Shown piece after piece: positions 1 through 12,430 of a stretch of 64,000 nt of DNA. A program made the position numbers and the translations under genes. The notes beneath the pieces were generated by a model that was not told the DNA's origin, ran no database searches, and worked only from the letters and a program-made list of their open reading frames with translations. Source of the stretch: Narcine bancroftii (Eukaryota); the NCBI RefSeq assembly GCF_036971445.1, contig NC_091469.1, positions 219,170,001 to 219,234,000 on the forward strand, read 5' to 3'. How positions within the stretch are numbered: the first letter of the stretch is position 1; every line of letters begins with the position of its first letter.

Positions 1-497
1 CAGCTGACACGAAGAGTTATCCAGCTCACCTGTTAATGTGGAGTAGTTTAACATGGCCCATAAAAAGTATATTTTGCTTTGACTGTGCCACATCATCAGG
101 TATGCTGTAATGTGCCTATCCAATCTTTTAACATGACTTAAATATTCTAGTCCTAAGGACATCCTTGTAAATTTCTTCTACATCCTTTTCCATGCAATTG
201 TACTGTAATCTCTTGATTCTATATCTGCTGTGAAGTTCCAGATCTGAAAGGAATTGACTATAGCTTTTGCTCTTCCAGATGCACTCAACCAATTAATGTG
301 AAAATGTTGCAAAATTGGATATTTATGACTCAACTACCTGCATGTTAGGCATCTCTCAGCTGCTCCTTAGGAATAGAGCAGCATGCAGTAAAGGAATTCT
401 CAATGATTATGGCTTTTCAGTGGTGCAAGTAGCCAGCGCCTGAACCCATTATCCTGAGAATGCCATATGAGATTCCAGAGATGATGAACAGCAAGAT

Positions 498-945
498 GAG
501 GGTGTCCAAATCCATAGATTTCACCAGGATGCCATGCAGATTGATAAGATAGTTAAGAAGGCCTCCATTAGACAGGGGATTGAGTTCAAGATTTGTGAAA
601 TAATGTTGCAGCTCTATAAAACTCTGGTTTAACCACACTTGAAATATTGTGTTCAGTTCTGGCTGGCTCAATTCAGGAAGGAAGTGGTAGCTATGGAGAG
701 GGGGCAGAGGAGATTAACCAGGATGTTGCCTGGATTGGAGAACATGCCTTATGAAGCAAGGTTAACAGAGCTTGGACTTTTTGCTTTGGAATGAAGGAGA
801 GGTGACTTCATAGAGGTTTACAAGATAATGAGAGGCATAGATAAGGTGGACAGCCAGAACCTTTTTCCTGGAATGAGAGTAGAAAACACAAGTACAAGGT
901 GAGGGGAAGAAAGTTAAGGGGAGATGTCAGACTTAAGTTTTTTAA
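498..945 (+). mobile_element. CR1-clade LINE (HER1-like) 3' ORF2 fragment, decayed
   Basis: Typical CR1 C-terminal motifs: 'ctctataaaactctggtt...ccacacttgaaatattgtgttcagttctgg', 'ggatgttgcctggattggag', 'atagaggtttacaagataatgagaggcatagata'. Close to the copy at 37955-38552. Confidence 0.85.
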
Positions 946-961
946 AACTGCCTGATCTCTG

Positions 962-1178
962 AAATCGTGGTAACAAAGCTGGAGGAACTCTGTAAGTCTC
1001 ACAGCATCCATAGGAGGTAAAGATATATATATGTAAAGATATATTGAAGAAGGGCTCAGGCCTGAAATAACAGTAAAATATCTTTACCTCCTATGGATGC
1101 TGCGAGATCTACTGACTTCCTGCTGCATGACTGTGTTTTTTCCATAATCTTCCTGTCTACAGCCTCTTGTGTTTCAGC
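962..1178. mobile_element. Palindromic Penelope-like pLTR remnant
   Basis: Perfect 25-bp inverted repeat, 1002-1026 (cagcatccataggaggtaaagatat) vs 1078-1102. The loop holds 'tgaagaagggctcaggcctgaaa', a degenerate hammerhead core typical of PLE terminal repeats. Confidence 0.7.
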
Positions 1179-3899
1179 TCATGATAATGAGGACAGAGCT
1201 TGTATATAATTTGCATGACGGTGAATTGCATGCATGTTAATGATGATCAGTATGGACTTGGTTTGGTCAAAGGGTCATTTTCCATGTTGTATTACTAGTG
1301 CTTTGTAATTTTAATGTTCTTTTCCAGTGTTATCAAATATAACCCTTCTTATCTATGGACCACGAGTTCTTGTTTTATGACATAAGGTGTTTTGGATAAT
1401 TCTTTGCTGTCCCCATCCTAATATCTGCAGCGGGATCATTTCATGGGGCACGTTGAACATGTAAGTAAGTGTAGCACTTATGATTTGATGGGTTAAAACT
1501 TACCTAAAATGCAATTAGCGATAATCAACGCGCAATAAATTTAGATTGAATAATTAGCAAAAAGCTGGTGAAGTTTAAAACAGCAGACAAGTATATGGAA
1601 AGGGTTTATTAATAAGATTAAATTAAATCCTGCTTCAGAACTAGCACTTACTTTACTGTAGACAGATTTTATCTTTCGACTCAAAGGATTGAAGTGAAAT
1701 CGTACATGTTGAATTTAATTATCTTCAAGCAAAACTGAATTTTACACATGAATCTTGTGACAACATTGTGAGAGCATTTTGTCTTTGTTTCAAAGATTCT
1801 GATTTGCTTCTGTATGCAACACAACTAATATTACTTGGGCAATAATGAAGAGAATTGATCATATTCCAATTGTTTCCTTTTGCAACTCAATAGATTCTCT
1901 TTGCTTGATGTCCTGGGGGATTTTGTCAGAATGGCCTTGCCATCAGCACCATTGAATAAAGTCTTCCTCACAACATTTCAGCCAGATATTGGAGTGAGTC
2001 AAATTTGTGTGTGTGAATCCTGACATTCAATCATAATAGGTGAGAGTGGGATGTTTTCTTGTATGTATAACACATGCATTAAAACACCATAATCACTGAA
2101 GGAAAGGACATCCTGAATTTTAGAATCTAATGCAGTGCCTTTTTTTTACGTATATACAAGGTTGATTATCAGCATCTTTACTCTATGTCATGTGATATTT
2201 AAAAAAATACATTGGGTTGGAACAAATGAATGTTTTACGTAGCCACGGACAATTACTGCAGAACACATTAAATATTGTCACAGATATAGATATGTTTTTG
2301 GGGACTCGTCCTTTCGGATTCAAAATTTGAGTTTTTGTGATTTATTAGTTAATTTTTTTTTTCAAGCTAATTTAAAGCTCGTGTGTGTAAAAACAGAAAT
2401 AATGAAGGTTGATCCATTTTTGCCTCAACCATCACCTGCAGAGCTGCAGAGCAAGAGAAAAGAGGAACTGATGGTTATTTCTAAGGCAATAAAGCTGACT
2501 GGAGTCAAACGTTGGATGAGAAAAATACAAATACAGAGGATTAAAGTGAAATATTATGTAACTGAGGGAAAATATGTTGTTAGATAATTTTCTGGAGGAT
2601 CGATCTTTTGAGTTGAAATTGGAATTGGAGAAACTGAGGCTGAAAACGAATAGAAAAACATATCTCTATCTGTGACAATATCATAATGTAGACCTTGGCA
2701 ATGTGGATATTCTAATGTCAATTGAGAACACACTATTTTAAGTAGATACTTTTATGTTACTTTTATATTTAATTTGATGATTAATCTTTTTTTTTTAATT
2801 CTTCCATTTTAGGCTTTGTAAATGCCAGATTCAACATTATATGAATATAGTTCTACAGTTTAAAAAAAATCAGAAACAACTTTCCAGTTGCAAATATCAA
2901 ACTGACATTTTTAATGGTCTAACGGTCCGCAGTGTGCATAGTTGGAAATCTTCCAAAGAGTAACTTGTATTCTTTGGGGGGCGAAAAAGCAGAACAAAAG
3001 TTGACAAATTATCTGCAAGTATGGTAAATAATTATTTTGGTTCGGTCAATATAAATTATAGTATTGCTTCTTTGACACTTCAGTGCACTTCAGGTCATAC
3101 ACCACCTGCAGGCAAAAACTCAGATAGTTGAATGGTTCCAGAGTCTCCTGCAATACTGATTCGAGTTAGTTGCTAGGAAACAGCAGATGACAGTCCAGAA
3201 ATATCTTCTTCTGATGTTCATTCCCCAGCATTGTTCAGGTTGACAACTTAGTGCTGGAAAGGAGTTAGTGCTCTTTGTAATACAGTCCATCAAAATTGCA
3301 ACTAGTTTGTTACTGTGCATGAAGGAAACTAATATTTATAAATAAACTACATCCTGTCTAGCTTGTCATAAAAGTACTTCAGTTAATCTTATAATATTAA
3401 TGTGTTCATTGTTTGGCTTTCAATGGCACGATACTTACTGCTGTTGATTTTAGAGTGAAGAAAAACGGGAAGTAATTTTCATTTCTTTCTGCCTGCAATG
3501 GTGAACTGGGTTACTGCTAGGATTTTAATTTTACATACTTTTGGAAACCATTGCCTGCAGTTGGAGAACATGACATAGTTGTCAACAGAGATCTGTTTTA
3601 CTGTATTCCTGATTTGACAGGCAAGTTTCTGCTCCCTTTAGTGATAATATGAATGTCTGATATTCAATCATGGCTTTATCTCCTCCCTGGTGATCTTTGT
3701 CCGTTTCCTAAGCACCTCACACATGCAGACTAATGATAATCCTATTCTCAGAAACAATGTGATGATGCCAATTATCTATTAATACACAATGTCACATATT
3801 TAAACATCAAATTAAGAGTGATATCTTGGGAAATCTGTGGTGAGAACGGTCCAGCAAGAGAATTGTTTCAATGCCTTTGTGCAGTTTTCAGGTGACATC

Positions 3900-4125
3900 C
3901 TGGGCTGAGTATTATTGCTCTTACTTTCGGGTTAAAGGTTCAATCTTCATTCAAGAGACATTCATACATAATCCAAATTAGCGTCCATTTTCAATTTTGC
4001 ATCATCGGAAATCCCCTTGTCGATCCTCTCAGTAGACATAAAGATTGCACTTTTTTAGAAGAAAATCATTTGTACTCCAAACAACATTAATTAACTGATT
4101 TTACACTAATTTGTCATGTCACATC
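3900..4125 (+). mobile_element. Ancient tRNA-derived DeuSINE-like SINE, highly decayed
   Basis: Remnant A/B boxes (ggctgagt...ggttcaatc), then 'cctctcagtagacataaagat' and 'ccaaacaacattaattaactgatt', resembling the recalled Deu domain. Confidence 0.4.
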
Positions 4126-4979
4126 CGCGGAGCAATATGTTGAGAAAAAAAACCCTGAATGCTGGAGGTGGCGTTTTCCTACTTTGCATAGAAGCTACAA
4201 TCCACAAGCGAGAATCTGAGAAAGGCTGAATATAAATGCAAATGTTTGCCTGTCAGTGAGTGCATGGAGAAAAGCAGTCTCGGAATTGTAGTATTTCATG
4301 TGAATTGCAAATAAGCTCTGATTTCATGGAAATGACCAATGTAAATTCCAGTTCTTTTTTTTTTCAAGTGCATTTCAAATACATAGGAGGGGAAAAAGAA
4401 AACATTTCAGACACAATTGTGTCATTAGGGAGGTTTTTAGATTGACAGTATTCCTGGATTTTGAATCTGATTGGAGAAAAGGTGCCAAATATTTTGCTAA
4501 TGCACATGTCAAGGGCACCAGACTGGAGGAGACTTTTGTGGAGGGAATCTGAGAAAGGGCAGACATTTTGCACACTGTTTTCTGCTCTTCACTGTGGCTT
4601 TTGGACAATGTGAGAGGGAAGGCAATGCATCTGCAAATTAATAGCTCATAGACAACAATCATTTTACAGTTTGGTAGGTAACATTAACAGTGAGGCTTTG
4701 ATGATAGTTGAAGATCACCATGATTGACAAAGGTAACTGGTGGTCAAAAATTATGAAATCTTTGTATTAATATTATCACTGAAGAGAGCTGAACTTGCCT
4801 GTCCGATCAGAAATATAGTAAGACAGATAATTTATGCCAAGTATGTTGTATTCTCCAGCTTCAAGCAATTGTTTACAACTGTATGCAAAATTAAAATCCT
4901 GGCCATAAGTCAGTTTAAAAGGCAAACTGTAATGAAAATTGCTTCTGTTCTCTTGGCACTCTAAAATTAACAACTAAGG

Positions 4980-6108
4980 ATGAGGTTATGGAGTTCCAAG
5001 ATAGGCCAAAGTCAGCATTGTTTCCTTAAGAGAAAATCTTGCCTGAAAAAGCTACTGCAATTTTTTTGAGAAAACCACAAGCCGGCTGGACAAAAGACAT
5101 GCAGTGGATGCTGTATATTTGCAAGGAGCTGCACGTGAGGCCCATTGGAAACATACTTGCATTAGTAGAACCTAGGCTGATCGGCAGGAAGTAGAGTGGC
5201 AATAAAGGGTATTTTGGTTGGTTACCACAGGGATTATTGTTGGTGCTGTTTCTTTTTGCTTTGTATGTTAATGACTTGGAATACAGAATAAATGACTTGC
5301 AGATGGTACAAAGATAGTTGGAGGGGTAGGTAATGAGGGAGAAACAGAGATGCTGCAGAAAGACTTGGATAGATTAGGAGAAAGGGCAAAGAAATAGAAA
5401 ATGAAATACAATGTTCGAAAGTCTCTGGTCATGCCGTTTGGAAGAAGGAATAAAAGGGCAGACTATTATTTGGATGGGGAAATAATTCAAAATTCATACA
5501 TGCAAAGGAGACCCTAAAGATTGAGTCAGTAAAGAAGAAAAATGCAATGATGACATTCCTATCTCGAGGAATTGGGTACAACAGGGATGTGATGTTGAGG
5601 CTTTATAAGGCACTGGTGAGGCCTCACTTGGAGTATGGGGTACAGTTTTAGGTTCCTTATTTAAGGAAGCTGTGTTGGCATTGTAGAGGACTCAGAGAAG
5701 ATTTGCAAGAATAATTCCTGGTATGAAAGTATTAGCATATGAGGAATGTTTAACTGCTCTTGGACTGAACCCCTTGGAGTACAGAATGATTGGGGACCTC
5801 ATAGAAGCATTTTGAATGTTGAAAGTAGATGTGGCAAAGATATTTCCCATGTCAAGGCCAAGAGGGCATAATTTCAGGATTGTAGGACACCCACTTAAAA
5901 CAGAGATGTAAAGGAATTTCTTGAGCCAGTGAGTGGCGAACCTCTTGAATTTACTACAATGGGCATCTGTGGAAGATAGTTCATTGGTATATTTAAAGCA
6001 GAGTTTGATAAGGTTGTGGGGAGAAAGCAAGGAAGTGTGGCTGAGTGAGAGAATGGATCAGGTGGAGTGAACTCAATGGGTTGAATGGCCTGTCTCTCAT
6101 GGTCTTCA
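4980..6108 (+). mobile_element. CR1-clade LINE RT/3' end, decayed
   Basis: SQH-F and 'gtggatgctgtatattt' RT motifs, 'aggctttataaggcactggtgaggcctcacttggagtat', and the 3' tail 'aatgggttgaatggcct'. Confidence 0.85.
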
Positions 6109-6214
6109 ATTGCAATTTCTATATTTGTTGGTTAAATCAATCAGGGAAGGTTGGCAAGATTGATGACTTTAACAGAACTGTCTTGCACCTACTTCAAGTC
6201 TACCTGTCAACATT

Positions 6215-7476
6215 CTACAGGTCCCATTATCCAATGGTGGGGGGGGGGGTGCAAATATAGATCAATTTCCCATGGGATGATGGAAACATTCACTTACATT
6301 AGACTTTAGCTCGGTGTTTGGTATGATCATTCCCCAGAGGCCGGTGGAGAAGCTGTCCTCTCTGGGACACAACACCCCTCTCTGTAATTGAATTTTGGTC
6401 TTCCTAACAGAAAGAGCACAGTCTCTCCGGGTCAGTAGCAGGACATCAAGCACTGTCATGCTGACCATAGGTGCACTGCAGGGCAGTGTGCTCAGCTCGC
6501 TCCTGATCATGCCACTAACCCATGACTGCAAGCCAGATCCAGCTCCAACAGAGTCATCAAATTGCAAATGACATAACAGTCGTCGGCCTCATCAGCATCA
6601 ACAATGAGTTGCACTTCAGAGAGCAGGCGGGAAATCTCTTGATATGGTGTGAGAATAACAACCTGAGTTTCCACATGGTCAAGATGAGGGAGATGATCAT
6701 GGACTTCAGGAGGACCTACTTTGACCACCCTCCACTACACATCAATAACTCAGTAGTGGAAAACGTTGAGAGCATCAAGTTCATTGGAGTCCACTTAACA
6801 AGTGACTTATATCATGGACACATAACATCTCCTCACTTGTCAGGAAGACACAACAGTGACTACACTTCATGAGAAGACTGAAGAGGGCAATGCTCCTGTC
6901 CTCCATCATATCAACATTCTGCAGGAGCTCTATTGAGAGCATCCTGGTTGACTGCATCACAGGGTGGTTTGTTTGCTGTAGAGAATTTTATCGGAGGTCT
7001 ATCCACAAGACCATAAGGATGGCAGAGAGAATCACTGGGGTCTTGCTCCCCCCATCATCCCCCCAACCCGCCTCCCCCAACTCCCATTGATATGATCCAC
7101 TGGGATCATTGTCAGAAGATCATTGAGGACCCCTATTACCCCAGAAGCTTTCAACTACTCCCATCGGCAAAGAGATACAGGAGTATCAGAGCCTGCACAT
7201 CCAGGCTGAGAAACAGCTTCTTCCTGCGGGCAATGAAACTGCTGAACGACCAAAGGAACTGCTGACACTAATCATCCGAGATGCTAATTTTTATTCTAAA
7301 CAATATTTATTATTGATTTATTCTTATATATGTATACTTGCCCTGTGTGTATATTGTTTGTCTGTGCATGTCTTATGTTTCATTGTTTGTCTGCATGTTT
7401 TTCACTAAGGACAAGGCAATACTGTTTTGTTGGGTTCTATTTGTATCATCGGATGGTAATGAACTTAAACTTGAAT
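6215..7476 (+). mobile_element. Rex1/Babar-clade LINE, 5'-truncated
   Basis: ORFs 6522-6872 (ANDITVVGLIS...KMREMIMDFRR...VESIKFIGVHL) and 6869-7090 (TFCRSSIESILVDCITGWF); tail 'gaacttaaacttga'. Confidence 0.9.
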
Positions 7477-7654
7477 GAGAAGACTATCCAAATCATGTCA
7501 AGGCTTTTCTAACTGTGATGTGATTAAGTTACTCTACTAATGTGCAGACACCAGGAACATTTATCCAATTTTTTTTTCTTATAACAAATGGGGAATTTAA
7601 AGTCAAGTGTGTTGAAATAAAAGTGGAATCAATTCGCGAGTAAACCACTGTGCA

Positions 7655-7689
7655 CCATGACTCGACTTATATGCCAAAATATATGGTAG
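7655..7689 (+). mobile_element. Possible Tc2/pogo-like DNA transposon terminus
   Basis: 'ctcgacttatatgccaaaatatatggta' resembles the ...CGACTTATACGCC..AAAATACGG-TA terminal repeat. No partner TIR was found. Confidence 0.3.
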
Positions 7690-8214
7690 TTCATCACTAT
7701 TTTTCAGGAAAGGAATTCTTCCATCCTGAATTACCTTGGTCTCTTTCTCATCACCAACATGTGGCTTGTAATTGTCCTTTGAATTACCCAAGAATCTATT
7801 TTTTCATGGAAAAATAAAGGAATGGACTGTCACTGTTAACCTTACCCAATACATTCTTTCAATACCATATGGTGAGTTTTAACATTTACCCAGAGTCTGT
7901 AGCTTTGCTGTGTCAAGTAATTAATATGGGGTTCATAGTCTATGTTTGTATTGCAATCCTTGGAGAGTTCACTTTGATGTGCATGAAAACCCACTTAATT
8001 AATAAACATATTACCTCAGCATCATGTTAAAGTTGTAATTCTATCAGCTGGCTTTTCCAATCAACTGGTCTTTTTTTAAAATCTTTTCTAACTACAGTAT
8101 TAAATCTTTGGCCTGAAATTACATGTCCATACCTGGAAGCAACTTTTCTCAGTAACTAAAAATAGAAGTGCTGTTGCAAGTTCTCCATCTGAAAGGCAAT
8201 GATTTAGAAATGTT

Positions 8215-9020
8215 ATTAAGGAGGAAGTTAGGAGAACATGATCTATTCCTCATCGAGAGCTCAGTGGTGGAGAGGGTCAAGAACTTCAAATCCCTGGGTG
8301 TCAACATCTCCGAGGATCTGTCCTGGAGCCTCCGTGTGAATGCAATCACAAAGAAGGCTAGCCAGTGGCTATACTTTGTGAGGTGTCTGAGGAGAGTCGG
8401 TATGTCATCGAAGGCTCTCGAAAATTTCTACAGGTGTACCATGGAGAGCATTCTGTCTGATTGTATCACTGTCTGGCACAGTGGTGCCAATGCTTAGGAC
8501 GAGAAAAATCTCCAGACGGTTGTAAACTCAACCTGAGCCATCAAGGACATTAGACTTCACTCCATTGAGGACATCTACAAGAGACATTGTCTTAAGAAAG
8601 CAGCCTCTTTTCTTAAAGACTCCCACTACTCAAGCTATGCCCTCTTCACTCTGCTTCTTCTTCTTTTCTTTGGCTTGGCTTCGCGGATGAAGATTTATGG
8701 AAGAGTAACGTCCACGTCAGCTGCAGGCTCGTTTGTGGCTGACAAGTCCGATGCGGGACAGGCAGGCACTCTGCTACCATCAGGTAAAAGGTACAGAAGC
8801 CTGAGGATGAGCACTCAGCGGCATAAGGACAGCTTCTTCCCCGTTGCCATCAGATTCCTGAATGATCAATGAAACAAAGACACTGCCTTTCTTTGACTTT
8901 TTGTGAACTAAATAGTCCATTTATTTATGATCTTGTAAGGTAGTTTATATGAATGTTTGCACTGTGATGCAAAAGAATGAAGTTCATGATTTGTTCATGG
9001 CAATAGATTCTGATTCTGAT
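8215..9020 (+). mobile_element. Rex1/Babar-clade LINE 3' portion, interrupted by an RTE
   Basis: ORF 8168-8497 (VVERVKNFKSLGVNISEDLSWS...NFYRCTMESILSDCITVW); (ttctga)n tail at ~9008-9020. Confidence 0.9.
8656..8766 (-). mobile_element. RTE-clade LINE 3' end, very short young insertion
   Basis: Matches the 3' end of the other RTE copies. Flanked by the 9-bp TSD cactctgct (8647-8655 and 8767-8775). Confidence 0.9.
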
Positions 9021-9371
9021 ACTAGAATCTGATACTAGAATCTTGTCAGTAGGCCACACTGACCATTGTTCCCTTGGCAGGTTCCAAGCTGCATCAGGTT
9101 ATATCTGCAGGACGCATCAATCCACAATCCATTGATGTAGATTGAACAGACTGCAATCAACATATTTATATTATTATTTAATTTTCATATTTTCTCCCAT
9201 AGGAGACTCATTTTACTTAATGAGTCTATGGGAGCTCTCAGTACATTCCCATCAGTCCCATTCCCCAATTATTTTTCTGTATCCTACTGCCTGTCGTGTG
9301 ATGATCTTGATTATCCATCTATCAATAAATTTTAGAAATTCATAATTTGATTCAATAGAATTTATATATTT

Positions 9372-9602
9372 TTAGAATTTAGAGGTACAGCATGTTGACA
9401 GGCCCTACTGGCCCATGAGCCCATGCTGTCCAAGTACACCAATTAACCCATAAATCCTGTCTATTTTTGGAGGGTGAGAGAAAATTAGGGCTCCCAGAGG
9501 AAACACACGCAGACATGAAGAAAATGTACAAACCTCTTACAGGCAGCAGAGGATTAAAATCTGGGTCCTGGCACTGTCATAGCGTTGCCCTAACCGCTAG
9601 AT
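9372..9602 (-). mobile_element. tRNA-derived V-SINE (HE1-like)
   Basis: Reverse complement of the V-domain ('ggaaacacacgcagacatg...aaaatgtacaaac') and of a CR1-like tail ('acaggccctactggccca'). Confidence 0.75.
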
Positions 9603-10068
9603 GGTAACCATTTCAAACAGGATGCAGGCACAAAAGGAGATCCTCTTGCCTTTGGGGATGGGTGCATAGCTGCACAGACAGTTGGTGTTGGAGAAGATGC
9701 GAAAGGGGCATCCTGGGGCAGTCCCAGGGATGTGGAGAGGCAGGAGATGAGGTTGCTTTCCTTGGGCAGAGAGAGTTAAAGATTTAATGAAAGCTTACAA
9801 AATAGTGAGGAGTTCCCCACGGGGTAGCCTGGAACTGCTAACTGTGCAGGTGAGGGGAATGGTTGCACAGTCGCTGCGATTACAAACATGCAGCCTGGAA
9901 AGACAGTGGGATCTGATTCATCACGGTTTTGAGGAAACCTCAGTTGTGAGTTTCCATGGAGGAACGGAGATGTGGCACAAACTGGGCAGTGCTGAAGGTT
10001 CTCCTGTGCACCCAAAACCATGATCGTACCTCTGCCTCTCTTGTTATGCCATGCCCATGACCCAGTAA

Positions 10069-10299
10069 TACAAGAATATAATAGCCTGAATACACCTTGG
10101 ATTGTCTGATCTCAGAAGCTAAATAGGCACCGGGGGGGAGACTGCCTCAGAACACCAGGTGGCGTAGGTTTCTGTAAGGGGCACTGGACCAAGCAGCAGC
10201 TCTCTGTCTGCCTTATGATAGACAAAAGTTAAAGAATTTCATGTATGTTATATTCTAAATGTAGTATTATGTGACAATAATGGAGCCTTTACCTTAACC
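10069..10299 (+). mobile_element. 5S rRNA-derived SINE (SINE3-type)
   Basis: 'gtctgatctcagaagctaa' (10104-10122) and 'gggagactgcctcagaacaccaggtggcgtaggttt' (10136-10171) match 5S rRNA with an internal deletion. A non-5S body follows, ending in a 'gtgacaataa...cctttaccttaacc' tail. Confidence 0.75.
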
Positions 10300-10489
10300 A
10301 TCTCCCTTGGTGCAGTTGAGGAGATAGACCCACTGCCTATCAATTTACATTCCTGTGAAGCTGTAGCCATGCTTGTTTCTCAGACCCTCAGATACGATGC
10401 ACCTGGTCAAAAAGCTGCCAACTTGGTGTGCTCCAACATTTCCTATAGTTTTCACCATTGGATGGTAAGCAATCCACATCTATAGTATT

Positions 10490-12430
10490 AATTCCATAGA
10501 TCCATAAATTCACTGACAACGCTACTGTTATTGACTAATGATAATGGGTAATGATCAGTTAGATTATAAAAGAGAGACCAACAATCTTACTCTTAACATC
10601 AGCAAGACCGAGAAGGTTGTTGGCATCTTAAGGAACGGGAAGCCAAAGGACCACACACTGAGAAGGTGGTGGAAAGGGAAAGTACCTTTGAGTTCCTGAT
10701 ATTGGAAGTCCTCTCCTGGGAGCCAACACATCAAGGCTACTGTCAAGAAAGTTTGAGGAGATATGGCATGCTATTAAACCCTACATTCTCGAGTACTTCG
10801 ATGCTGGTGATGAAGTCGCTCCAATGAATGTTGAGGATGGAGCGGAAACAACGCTGGTGGAAGCGTTCTAGGAGCTGTAGGTGATGCCGGTAAAGGACCC
10901 ATGATTCGGAGCCGAACAGGAGTGTGGTATGACAACGGCTCTGTATACGCTAATCTTTGTGAGGTTTTTCAGTTGATTGTTTTTCCAGACTCTTTTGTGT
11001 AGTCTTCCAAAGGCGCTATTTGCCTTGGTGAGTCTGTTGTCTATCTCATTGTCGATCCTTGCATCCGATGAAATGGTGCAGCCGAGATAGGTAAACTGGT
11101 TGACCGTTTTGAGTTTTGTATGCCCGATGGAGATGTGGGGGGGGGGGGGGGGGGCTGGTAGTCGTGGTGTGGGGAGTTGGCTGATGGAGGACCTCGGTTT
11201 TCTTCAGGCTGACTTCCAGGCCAAATGTTTTGGCAGTTTCCGCAAAACAGGACATCAAGCGCTGAAGAGCTGGCTCTGAATGGGCAACTAAAGCGGCATC
11301 GTCTGCAAAGAGTAGTTCACGGACAAGTTGCTCTTGTGTTTTGGTGTGAGCTTGCAGGCGCCTCAGATTGAAGAGACTGCCATCCGTGCGGTACCGGATG
11401 TAAACAGCGTCTTCATTTTAAAATAAATTCATATTATTCATCACCAACATCGAAGTACTCAAGATGGCAGAGGCCGACAGCATCGAATCCACGCTGCTGA
11501 AGATCAAACTGCGCTGGGTAGGTCACGTCTCCAGAATGGAGGACCATCGCCTTCCCAAGATCGTGTTGTATGGCGAGCTCTCCACTGGCCACTGAGACAG
11601 AGGTGCACCAAAGAAGAGGTTCAAGGACTGCCTAAAGAAATCTCTTGGTGCCTGCCACATTGACCACCTCCAGTGGGCTGATATCGCCTCGAACCGTGCA
11701 TCTTGGCGCCTCACAGTTCGGCGGGCAGCAGCCTCCTTTGAAGAAGACCGCAGAGCCCACCTCACTGTCAAAAGACAAAGGAGGAAAAACCCAACACCCA
11801 ACCCCCAACCCACCAATTTTCCCTTGCAACCGCTGCAACCGTGCCTGCCTGTCCCGTATCGGACGAGCCTGCAGCTGACGTGGACTTTACCCCTCCATAA
11901 ATCTTCGTCCGCGAAGCTAAGCCAAAGAAAGAAGAAACCCTACATTTTACTGTGAAAAGCATATTAACTGGCTGCATAGTTTGGAAATGCAAATGCCCAG
12001 GAATCCAGAAAGCTGCAGAGAATGGCAGACACAATCTATAATGGCCAATGACCACCAGTCCATCAAAGACATTTACTTGAAGCACTGCCTCAAGAAGGCA
12101 GCCAATATCATAAGGGATCCGTGTCATCCTTGGCCATGCTCTTTCAGCAGAAGGCGCAGAAACCTGCAGCCCAGCACCTCCAGGTTCAAGAACAATTCCT
12201 TTCCAACAACAATCAGACCATAACACTGCTGCAAGTCCACAGAAGACCCAAAGGCACAAATGACAGAACACATTTTTTGCACTACTGGACAACAATGATT
12301 ACGTGTTATTATTTATTTTATTTTCTCTTTGTGGTGTCTTAATGATACTTCATTTTCTTAACTGAGAAGCTGCAGCATGTCAGACTTCCACTACATCTGT
12401 ACGTTGTGTTTTTGTTAATGGCAATGAACT
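10490..12430 (+). mobile_element. Rex1/Babar-clade LINE, decayed, interrupted by RTE at 10788-11934
   Basis: 'aaattcactgacaacgctactgttattg' (KF.DD.TV) and 'cttaacatcagcaagacc'. It resumes after the TSD with 'tactgtgaaaagcatattaactggctgcat' and IKDIYLKHCLKKAANIIRDP. Confidence 0.8.
10788..11934 (+). mobile_element. RTE-clade LINE insertion with inverted 5' part
   Basis: Antisense RT segment 10788-11417, 19-nt filler, sense 3' segment 11437-11934. 12-bp TSD aaaccctacatt (10776-10787 and 11935-11946). Confidence 0.92.

Noticed and set aside
1431-1460. Possible plus-strand 30-nt exon (ctgcag|...|gtaagt); similar candidates near 24535-24567, 39958-39981 and 40961-41037
   Set aside because: Weak acceptors and no recognisable peptide or consistent exon chain; compatible with chance.
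10069-10171. 5S rRNA gene
   Set aside because: Internal deletion, many substitutions, single copy and fusion to a SINE-like tail; it is not a functional rRNA gene.
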